DNA from: Chiloscyllium plagiosum
Lineage: Eukaryota
Direction of reading: 5' to 3'
Assembly (NCBI RefSeq): GCF_004010195.1
Contig: NC_057749.1
Coordinates: forward strand, 21,275,953 to 21,339,837
Length of the DNA stretch: 63,885 nucleotides
Below, in pieces: positions 1-10,600 of the stretch (position 1 is its first letter; the number at the start of each line of letters is the position of its first letter). The notes beneath the pieces are model-generated. The model had not been told where the DNA came from, made no database searches, and saw only the letters and a program-made list of their open reading frames with translations. A program made the position numbers and the translations under genes.

Positions 1-142
1 TGTGTGTGTGTCTGTATGTGAGTGTGCATGTGTGTGTGTGTCTGTATGTGAGTGTATGTGTCTGTATATGTGAGTGTGTCTGTGCATGTGCGTGTGTATA
101 TGAGTGTGTGCGTGTGTGTTTATCTGTATGTGTGTGTGTGTG
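1..142. repeat. Imperfect (TG)n microsatellite
   Basis: Direct inspection. Confidence 0.9.
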
Positions 143-347
143 TTAGCTCCTCCTGCATTTTTCCAGCACACAGTGAAGCATGGGGCCTCAATAGCAATGA
201 GAGACAGGAGGGTTCCTTTTTAGTTAGGGACACTGTCTATGGTGCAGGGTGTGATTTATACATTTACTGAAGAGTTTTGATTCAGAGTCAGTGGGAGTCT
301 TAGAGCTGCACTATCCAGTGCTCAAAGAGACACCAGTCTGTAGTGAG

Positions 348-554
348 TGTAACAGGGTCAGCCAGCTGGACCTCATAGAATAGGAGCTCGCTGACTGGGT
401 CTGCTAATCTGGCCCAATCAGGGAGTTCAGGCTGACAGAAACAGGTTCACTCTGAGAGGTGGCTCTGAGGGAGCTGGGTCAGTGTGAGGGACTCTCCACG
501 TGTAAATACAGGGTGAGTTGGTGACGGGAAACTGTGCTCGATGGAGTTATTTCG
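348..554 (+). mobile_element. Possible solo LTR
   Basis: Starts TGTAAC, has ccaatca and an aaatac(a) polyA-like signal, and ends gttatttc. No clean TSD was seen. Confidence 0.35.
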
Positions 555-1867
555 AGCCTCCCTGAGTATTCATTGCCAATCTGCCAGCGTTGCCAGGACT
601 GTATAAATGACGGTGAAACATCCAATTATGAGTATCTCCCACTTTTCAAATGTTCGCTTTACATCACTTTGCTTTTCCGAAAGACCTACATTAGTACCTG
701 TTCTCTCTAATCAAAAGAAATCCAAACAGGATTTTAACTTTTACAAAGAAAGGTGAGATTTTTCCCATTTAAATGAATGCTTCTTCACTTTACGCCATTT
801 CGGCTTATGAAAGGTTTCGCAGGAATGCTGTACTCTCGGATAGTGGGGAAAGTCTGTATTTGACCTTCTGATCCCTCTCCCCTCTCGCTTCTGATTTATA
901 ATGAAGCTGCATAAAGTCCTCACAACAGGTAAGGAAATGATGTTTTAGTACTGTGACTCATTCCTCTTCACAGAGAGGCCATAAGGTGCCTTATGGAAGG
1001 TGCTGAATAATGGAATGATTGGTCTTGAGTTACATACACATTTTCAGCAGCTTCAAATAACTCATAAGTTGCCAAGAGAGCGTTGACAAGAACATAGATG
1101 ATGCTTCACTTCATGAGTAAGTCTACAACTGGGGGGTGGAGACTCTCAAACTGAGGGGTTTTCCCTATTTGAACCTGAGATGTGAATGAACGTAGTTTGC
1201 CCAGAGCTTTGTCCATCGTTGGCAAGTAGTTCAGGCTGGGTCCCCGAATGTATTCAAGGCTGGGCTTTTGACGAGATGGGCTGAGGTTCAGGGAAATGGG
1301 GGTTGGGGAGCAGACAGAACAGTGTAGGTAAGGCCACAGTCAGATTAGCCATGGTCTCGCTAAATGCAGGAGCAGGCTCAAGGGGCTGAATGGCCTGAAC
1401 CTTCTACCTTTTCTTCCCTTCTTATGACAAGGGGAACCCTAGTCATGGTTACAAGAAGAAGGAATACGATTGAAGCGATTCAAGAAGGCAGCTAGATCTC
1501 TGAAGGCAAAATTTGTGGAGCACTGGAGGAATGGGGTTCATCCTGAATCAGGCAAATAAGATGGGTAGAAACGTAGGGACCAGGATTGGAGAAGGGGAAG
1601 GGCATAATGAGAACATAAATTCTGACATTGTGGAGTCCCAGATATGATCAGACCTGGAGTGGGGTGGGTCCTTCATTCCATCATCCATCCCTACTTGCTC
1701 ACCAATGGACATAGTGAATGTCATTGGCGATTGGTAATCTCACTGGACTAGTAACCAGTTAATGCGCTGGAGATGTCGGTTTGAATCCCACCACAGCAAA
1801 TGGTGGAACTTGAGTTCAATAAAATTTGGAATGAAAAGCTAGTCTAATGGTAACCATTGTCAATTAT

Positions 1868-2600
1868 AGAGTCATACAGCACGGAAACAGACCCCTTGGT
1901 CCAACCAATCCATGCCGAACATAATCCCAAAATAAACTAGCCCCACTTGCCTGCTCCTGGCCCATATCCCTCCAAACCTCTTCCTAATCATGAACTTTTT
2001 TAAATGTTGTAACTGTCCGCACATTCACCACTTCCTTTGGCAGTTCATTCCACACACGAACCACCCACTGTGTAAAAAGGTTAACCCTCATGTCTTATTT
2101 AAATCTTTCTCCTCTCACCTTCAAAATATGCCCCCTAGTTTTGAACGCCCAGGCTTAGGGCAAAGACATCTGCTTTTCACCTTATCTATTCCCCTCATGA
2201 CTTTATAAATCTTTGGAAGGTCACCCCATCCACCTCCTACACCCTCCAGTAAAAAGAAGTCCCAGTCTCTCCTTATAGCTCATTCCCAGCAACATCCTGG
2301 TAAATCCTTTCTGAACCCTCTCCAGTTTAATAATATCCTTCCTATAGCAGAGTGACCAGAACTGGGCACAGTACTCGAGAAAGAGGCCTCACCAATGTCC
2401 AGTACAACCTCAACATGACGTCCCAATCCCTATACTCAAAGTGTCTGAGCAGTGAAGGCAAGCATGCTAAACACCTTCTTAACAAAGATTAGAGTGGTGC
2501 TGGAAAAGCACAGCAGGTCAGGCAGCATCCAAGAAGCAGGAACATCAGGCCCTTCTTAACCACATTATCCACCTGTGATACAAATTTCAAAGACTTATGA
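1868..2600 (-). mobile_element. CR1-clade LINE 3' fragment, with a small Penelope terminus inserted at about 2485-2550
   Basis: Reverse complement of the same 3' region seen at 4960-5420; CCTTCTTAAC is duplicated around the small insert. Confidence 0.8.
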
Positions 2601-2735
2601 ACCTAAACAACTAGGATTCCCCGATGTACAACACAAAATCCATCTGGTTCACTAATGCCCTTGCCTGGTCTGGCTGACATGTGACTCCAGACCCACACCA
2701 ATGCGGGTGACTCTGAACCTGCCCTCTGGGCAATT

Positions 2736-2981
2736 GACAATAGACAATAGGTGCAGGAGTAGGCCATTCTGCCCTTCGAGCCTGCACCACCATTCAATAT
2801 GATCATGGCTGATCATCCTTAATCAGTATCCTGTTCCTGCCTTATCTCCATAACCCTTGATTCCACTATCCTCGAGAGCTCTATCCAACTCTTTCTTAAA
2901 TGAATCCAGAGACTGAGCCTCCACTGCCCTATGGGGTAGAGCATTCCACACAGCCACCACTCTCTGGGTGAACAAGTTTCT
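2736..2981 (-). mobile_element. CR1-clade LINE 3' end running into a gap
   Basis: NLFTQRVVAVWNALP..LDSFKKELD; short tandem tail (gacaata)2. Confidence 0.8.
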
Positions 2982-3215
2982 NNNNNNNNNNNNNNNNNNN
3001 NNNNNNNNNNNNNNNNNNNNNNNNNNNNNNNNNNNNNNNNNNNNNNNNNNNNNNNNNNNNNNNNNNNNNNNNNNNNNNNNNNNNNNNNNNNNNNNNNNNN
3101 NNNNNNNNNNNNNNNNNNNNNNNNNNNNNNNNNNNNNNNNNNNNNNNNNNNNNNNNNNNNNNNNNNNNNNNNNNNNNNNNNNNNNNNNNNNNNNNNNNNN
3201 NNNNNNNNNNNNNNN

Positions 3216-3843
3216 GTCACAGATAGACAGGGTAGTTAAGAAGGCATTTAGCACACTTTCCTTCATTGCTCAGACCATTGAGTAGAGGAGTTAGGATGTT
3301 ACTTGAGGTTGCACAGGATATTGGTGAGGCCTCTTCTGGTTGTCCTATAGGAAGGATATTATTAAACTGGAGAGGATTCAGAAAACATTTACCAGGATGT
3401 TGCCAGGAATGGATGGTTTGAGTTATAAAAATAGGCTGGGACATGTTTCACAGGAGGGTGAGGTTGAGGGGTGACCTTACTGAGATTTATAAGGTCATGA
3501 GGGGCACAGATAAGGTGAATAGCAAATGACTTTTCCCTAGGGTAGGGGAGTTCAAAACTACAGGGCATATATTTAAGATGAGAGGAGAAAAATGTTTAAA
3601 AAGACATGGGAGACACCATCTTTTATATAGAGTAGTTTGTTTGTAGAGTGAGCTGTCGGAGGAAGTGATGGATCCAGGTTCTGTCAAAATGTTTAAAAGG
3701 CATTTAGATATGTACATGAATAGGAAAGGTTTGGAGGAACATTGACCAAATGCAGGCAGGTGGGAATAGTTTAGTTTGGGAACATGGTCGGTGTGCAATA
3801 GTTAGACCAAAAGGTCTGTTTCCATGCTTTGTGACTCTATGAC
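3216..3843 (+). mobile_element. CR1-clade LINE 3' fragment
   Basis: [15 protein letters not shown] and RGDLTEIYK segments, followed by the family 3' UTR. Confidence 0.8.
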
Positions 3844-4094
3844 CTTTTGGAGTAAGTGGGACTTGAACCCAGATCTCCTAGGTCGGAGGTAGATTACTAC
3901 CACTGCACCACAAGAGCCCTTACAATTATTCTGAGACATTGTTTGACTGCTGAATCCACCTTGATTTCTTTCCTGAGTGAAAATGCCTTCTTCATCAGGC
4001 CATGTGTGTTTCCTAAAATGAGCCCAATACATGAATGGTGAAGTATTCATTTGTTTGTGACTTGTAAAAGTGCACTGTTCTCTTTGACTTTGAG

Positions 4095-4271
4095 GTGTGT
4101 TGTGTGTGTGTATATGTGTGAATGTGTCTGTGTGAGTGTGTGTATATGTGTGCATGTGTGTGTGTATATGTGAGTGTGCCTGTGTGTGTGTATATGTGTG
4201 TATGTGTGTGTGTGTTGTGTGTGTCTGTGTGAGTGTGTGTATACGTGTGTATGTTTGTGTGTGTGTGTGTG
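4095..4271. repeat. Imperfect (TG)n microsatellite, about 300 bp downstream of the stop codon
   Basis: Direct inspection. Confidence 0.9.
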
Positions 4272-4578
4272 ACTCACACACTCCATCTTCCCTCCGTCCC
4301 TCAGCCCCAATATCAGAGGCATACTTCACAAACCAGCAACCTGCAGAGCTATTAAATCACAACGGAAAGGGGAATATCGATCAATCGGTTCTGGATGAAT
4401 GGTCACTGCTGAACCTATATGTAAATATGGCAGGCCTCACATCTCCAGTCCTTCGTCTTTGGAGAATTAATTGGCATCATTTCCACACTTCTGGACAGTA
4501 TGATTTGTTACATGGATAAGCGTAGGTTTGTTCAGCATACAGATTGCTGTCTTCGTGAACAAAGGGAAAAGGTATCAG

Positions 4579-4699
4579 TCACACCGTACAGACACTGCTG
4601 TTATACAAACCACAACAGTTATGTAAAAATGTTAGACTCTGGTTGACACTTGACCATTCTCCAGTAAATGTAATCGTTCCATTCACATTGGGTACCACG
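4579..4699 (-). CDS. slc28a1: SLC28 terminal exon c17: [39 protein letters not shown]
   Basis: tttccaCAG acceptor, phase-2 start and TGA at 4579-4581. NCCxxYNxxxC matches the recalled CNT1 C-terminus (NCCRFYNHTIC). Confidence 0.9.
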
Positions 4700-7600
4700 C
4701 TGTGGAAACAAAGGGAGGGGTTAGTCTGATGGACAATGACGTAGCAACAACATTAACAACTCAGGACAAAGTCCAAGCTCCTTACATAACAGGCAAGACC
4801 TTATCCTTAAGGCAATGATCATGCTCAGGGGGATAGAGTGAAACTATTGATTGCCCCCATTTCTACTGCACTCAGGGCTGCTTTCTGTTGTACGATCGCT
4901 TTGAGGTTTACACCAGCTTCCTTTGGCACAGATTTGCCAGCATTACAGGAAAGCTGCTGTGAAACTGGTAAAAGGTTCAGGAAAGGTTTTACAAAGATGT
5001 TGCCAGGGTTGCAGGGCTTGAACTGCAGGGAGAGACTGAATAGGCTGGGGCTGTTTTCCCTGGAGCGTTGGAAGCTGAGGGGTGACCCTCACACAGAATC
5101 ATGAGGGGCACGGATGGGGTGATCAGCCATGGTGGGGGAGTCCAGAACTAGAGGGCATAGGTTTAGGGTGAGAGGGGAAAGATATAAAAGAGACCTAAGG
5201 GGCAACTTTTTCACGCAGAGGGTGGAACGGGTATGGAATGAGCTGCCAGAGGAAGTGGTGGAGTCTGGTACAATTGCAACATTTAAAAGGCATCCGAGTA
5301 GGAAAGGTTTAGAGGGATATGGGCCAAGTGCTGGCACATGGTCAGATTGGGATGTCTGGTTAGCATGAACGAGTTGGACCAAAGGGTCTGTTTCTGTCCA
5401 GCACAGAACTTTATGACTCCATTTCTTGAGGCAGAGATCCACCAGATTTGCTATATTTTAAAACTAGCTGTCCCAGGGGCTGCGACAAGCTGTGGATCCT
5501 TGCAATCGCCTGTGATGATTGGCTGCCAGGTCCCACACAGACAGGCAAAAGTGAGGACTGCAGATGCTGGAAATCAGAGTCTCGATTAGAATGGGGCTGG
5601 AAAAGCACAGCAGGTCAGGCAGCATCCGAGGAGCAGGAAAATCGACGTTTCGGGCAAAAACCCTTCATCAGGAATTAGGCTGGGAGCCTCCAGAGTGGAG
5701 AGATAAATGTGAGGGGGGTTGGGGGCAAGATAGCTGAGAATGCAATAGGTGGTTGGAGGTGTGGGTAAAGGTGAGAGGTCGGAGGGGAGGTTGGAGCAGA
5801 TCGGTGGGAAGGAAGATGAACAGATAGGACAGGTTCTGAGGGCGGTGCTCAGCTGGATGGTCAGNNNNNNNNNNNNNNNNNNNNNNNNNNNNNNNNNNNN
5901 NNNNNNNNNNNNNNNNNNNNNNNNNNNNNNNNNNNNNNNNNNNNNNNNNNNNNNNNNNNNNNNNNNNNNNNNNNNNNNNNNNNNNNNNNNNNNNNNNNNN
6001 NNNNNNNNNNNNNNNNNNNNNNNNNNNNNNNNNNNNNNNNNNNNNNNNNNNNNNNNNNNNNNNNNNNNNNNNNNNNNNNNNNNNNNNNNNNNNNNNNNNN
6101 NNNNNNNNNNNNNNNNNNNNNNNNNNNNNNNNNNNNNNNNNNNNNNNNNNNNNNNNNNNNNNNNNNNNNNNNNNNNNNNNNNNNNNNNNNNNNNNNNNNN
6201 NNNNNNNNNNNNNNNNNNNNNNNNNNNNNNNNNNNNNNNNNNNNNNTGGAGGAAGAACGCCTCATCTTCCGCCTCGGAACACTTCAACCCCAGGGCATCA
6301 ATGTGGACTTCAACAGTTTCCTCATTTCCCCTTTCCCCACCTCACCCTAGTTTCAAACTTGCAGCTGAGCACTGTCCCCATGACTTGTCCTACCTGCCAA
6401 TCTTCCTTCCCACCTATCCACTCCACCATCCTCTCTGGCCTACCATCTTCATCCCCACCCCCATTCACCAATTGTACTCTTTGCTACCTTCTCCCCAGCC
6501 TCGCCCCCCCTCCCATTTATCTCTCCACCCTGGAGGCTCCCTGCCTCCATTCATGATGAAGGGCTTTTGCCCGCAACGTCGATTTTCCTGCTCCTTGGAT
6601 GCTGCCTGACCTGCTGTGCTTTTTCAGCATCACTCTAATCTAGACCCCACACAGACAGGGCCCACACTGCAAATCACCTAGTGGGGTTGGGCAGTCACTC
6701 CCCAATTGAGGCTGTCGTTGTGTCATGATGCCAGGTGAAAGTGAGTGCTGCAGATGCTGGAGATCAGAGTCGAGAGTGTGGTGCTGGAAAAGCACAGCAG
6801 GTCAGGCAGCATCCGAGGAGCAGGAAAATTGACATTTCGGGCAAAAGCCCTTCATCAGGAAGAAGGTTGGGAGCCTCGGGGGTGGAGAGATAGATGCTCC
6901 CCAGTTGTCTGGATGAATGCGGATCCAACAAGAAGCCCAACATTAGCCAGCCTCCCACCCACCATCATTAACATCCACTCCCTCCACCATCGACGCTCAG
7001 TCACAGCGGTGTGTTCCCATCTACAAGCACTGACTCACCAACACCTTCCAAATTTGTGACCCATCTTGAAGGACAAGGGGCAGCAGATACACGGGAACAT
7101 CACCCCCCTGCAAGTTCCCCTCCAAGCCACTCACCACCCTGACTTGGAAATATATCGCTATACCTTCACCGTCGCTGGGTCACTTCCCCTGCAAGTTCCC
7201 CTCTGAGCCCACTCACCACCCTGACTTGGAAATATATCGCTATACCTTCACTGTTGCCGGGTCAAAGCCCTCACTAACGGCATTGTGGGTCAACCCACAG
7301 CAGATGGCCCGCAGTGGTTCAAGGAGGCTGCTCACCCCCACCTTCTCTAGGGATGGGCGAGAAATGCTGGTGATGCCCCCCACCCCAGGGATAACTAAAA
7401 AACCATAATTGCGCTGACAAAGCAATCAGTCTCGAGGGTTATTCAGGTGGCAAAAAGTCAACTTGCAACCTGCAAGGTGGAGGCAGGTGGGCCAGCAAGG
7501 GGGTGAGCTTGGATTCTACCCCTGGTGTGAGAAAGCTGGGTGGACTGGACAGTGGAACGCGTGTGTGTCAGTAACGGGCAGCACAGGCTCCAGGTCGGGT

Positions 7601-10600
7601 GCTGACCTCAGGATGAACTCACCTGCTGGAGAGGTCTCCGCAACAGTTTAATAGATTCTGACTGCTGACATTGAAAGTGCTGGTGTTGAGGTAGCTCACA
7701 CAGTGTATGGATTCCATGGGCACAATCAGGATTCCTAATGCACAGAAAGTAATTCACACAATCACATAAGGAGGCGATTCAGTCCACAAAACATACTTTG
7801 GTTCTATCCCCTCCTGCCTCCCCCCCCCCCCCCCCCCATATTCCATTTTTATCCAGGTAACCATCCAGTGCCCCTCTTGAATGCTTCAGTTCAACCTGTC
7901 TCCGCCAGGTCTCCGGGCAGAGCATTCTGCACCCTAACTATTCACTGTGTGTGCATCATAAACTCCCAATGGTGTGGAAGCAGGCCATTCGGCCCATTGA
8001 GTGCACACCGACCCTCCGAAGGGCATCCCACCCAGACCCAAACCACTGCTGTAACCATGCATTTGGTATGGCTAATGCACCTGACCTGCACATCATTGGC
8101 ATATGGGAGGAAAATGGAGCACCTGGAGGAAACCCACGCAGACACGGGGAGAATGTGCAAACTCCACACAGACGGTCGCCCGAGGCAGGAATTGAACCCG
8201 GGTTCCTGGCGCTGTGAGGCAGCAGTGCTAACCACTGAGCCACCGTGTCACTGTGTTTTCTCAAGTTTTCTTGCTTTGTTTTGCAAATCACTTTAAATCT
8301 ACTCTCCTCTCCTCCTTTTCTCTTTTATGAGCGGGAACAACTTCTCCCCGTCTAGAGTATCCAGCCCTCTCATGATTTTGAACACATCCCCCTTTCTCTA
8401 GGAAGAACAGTCCAAACTTTCTCAAGTTCTGAAGAAGGGTCACTGGACCCGAAATGTTAGCTCTGATTTTCTCTCCACAGGTGCTGCCGGATCTGCTGAG
8501 TTTCTCCAGCGATTTCTGATTTTGTTTCTGTTGCCAACTTCTTCAATCTACCCTCATCCTCATCGCTGAGGTTCCTCATTCTTGTAAATACATCTGTGCT
8601 CTCCCTCCAAGGTACCCATCCAATCGCTGGGAGAGGCCCAGCAGGAGGAAAGGGACCTTCAGGCATCAATAGCTCTTTTTTAACTGTGGGCATAAGACAT
8701 GACCTCCCATCCACAGACTCCATTTACACCTCTCATCGCCGGGAAAAAGCTGCCAACATCATCAAAGACCCCTCCCAGCCCGGTAATGCTCTCCTACAAC
8801 CTCTTCTGTAAGGCAGAAGGTTTCCAGAACAGCTCCTTCCCTGCTGTTATCAGATTGCTGAATTCTCTCTAATTCCGAATAATTTTGATCTTGCTTTGTG
8901 TGTCTCCTTTGCAGTTGTAACCTTATATTCCTCTCTCTGTCTAAGTAATCTATGATCTGTATGTCCTTGTTTTTAAGTCATAAAATCCCAACGGTATGTG
9001 TGAGAGACGATTTCGGTACAAAGAACTGAGATGTGCATGACCCCAGAGTCTAAGGGGAATAGAGCCATAGGGGTAGGGTAAAACATGCTTCTCTGTAATA
9101 AAAGACGAGACATCTGCTGCTACGGGTTGATAAGACCACTCACATTGACAGAGTAGAAGAACAAGTCCTTGATTGATAAGACCACTCACACANNNNNNNN
9201 NNNNNNNNNNNNNNNNNNNNNNNNNNNNNNNNNNNNNNNNNNNNNNNNNNNNNNNNNNNNNNNNNNNNNNNNNNNNNNNNNNNNNNNNNNNNNNNNNNNN
9301 NNNNNNNNNNNNNNNNNNNNNNNNNNNNNNNNNNNNNNNNNNNNNNNNNNNNNNNNNNNNNNNNNNNNNNNNNNNNNNNNNNNNNNNNNNNNNNNNNNNN
9401 NNNNNNNNNNNNNNNNNNNNNNNNNNNNNNNNNNNNNNNNNNNNNNNNNNNNNNNNNNNNNNNNNNNNNNNNNNNNNNNNNNNNNNNNNNNNNNNNNNNN
9501 NNNNNNNNNNNNNNNNNNNNNNNNNNNNNNNNNNNNNNNNNNNNNNNNNNNNNNNNNNNNNNNNNNNNNNNNNNNNNNNNNNNNNNNNNNNNNNNNNNNN
9601 NNNNNNNNNNNNNNNNNNNNNNNNNNNNNNNNNNNNNNNNNNNNNNNNNNNNNNNNNNNNNNNNNNNNNNNNNNNNNNNNNNNNNNNNNNNNAACACAGA
9701 GATAGACCCAGTGTACAAACACACTGAGATAGACCCAGTGTACAAACACACAGAGATAGACCCAGTGAACAAACACAATGAGATAGACCCAGTGTACAAA
9801 CACAGAGAGAGATAGACGCAGTGTACAAATACACAGAGATAGACCCAATATACAAACACACTGAGATACACCCAGTGTACAAACACACAGAGACAGACCT
9901 AGTGTACAAACACACTGAGATAGACCCAGTATACAAACACACACAGATAGACCCAATGTACAAACACACAGAGATAGACCCAGTGTACAACCACACAGAG
10001 AGTTAGACCCAGTGTACAAACACACAGAGTTAGAACCAGAGTACAAACACACTAAGAGATAGACCCAGTGTACAAACACACTGAGAGATACCCAGTGTAC
10101 AAACACACTGAGATAGACTCAGTGTACAAACACACTGAGATAGACCAGTGTACAAACACACTGAGATAGACCAAGTGTACAAACAAACTGAGATAGACCC
10201 AGTGTACAAACACACAGATAGACCCAGTGTACAAACACACTGAGATAGACCCAGTGAACAAACACACAGAGGGATAGACCCAGTGTACAAACACACACAG
10301 ATAGACCCAGTGTACAAACACACAGAGATAGACCCAGTATACAAACACACTGAGATAGACCCAGTGTACAAACACACAGAGATAGACCCAGTGAACAAAC
10401 ACACAGAGGGATAGACCCAGTGTACAAACACACACAGATAGACCCAGTGTACAAACACACAGAGATAGACCCAGTATACAAACACACTGAGATAGACGCA
10501 GTGTACAAATACACTGGGAGATAGATCCAGTGTACAAACACACAGAGACAGACCCAGTGTACAAACACACAGAGATAGTCCTAGTATACAAACACACTGA

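Noticed and set aside
143..4578. Polyadenylation signal for the SLC28 gene
   Set aside because: I saw no convincing AATAAA on the minus strand outside repeats, so the 3' end could not be placed.
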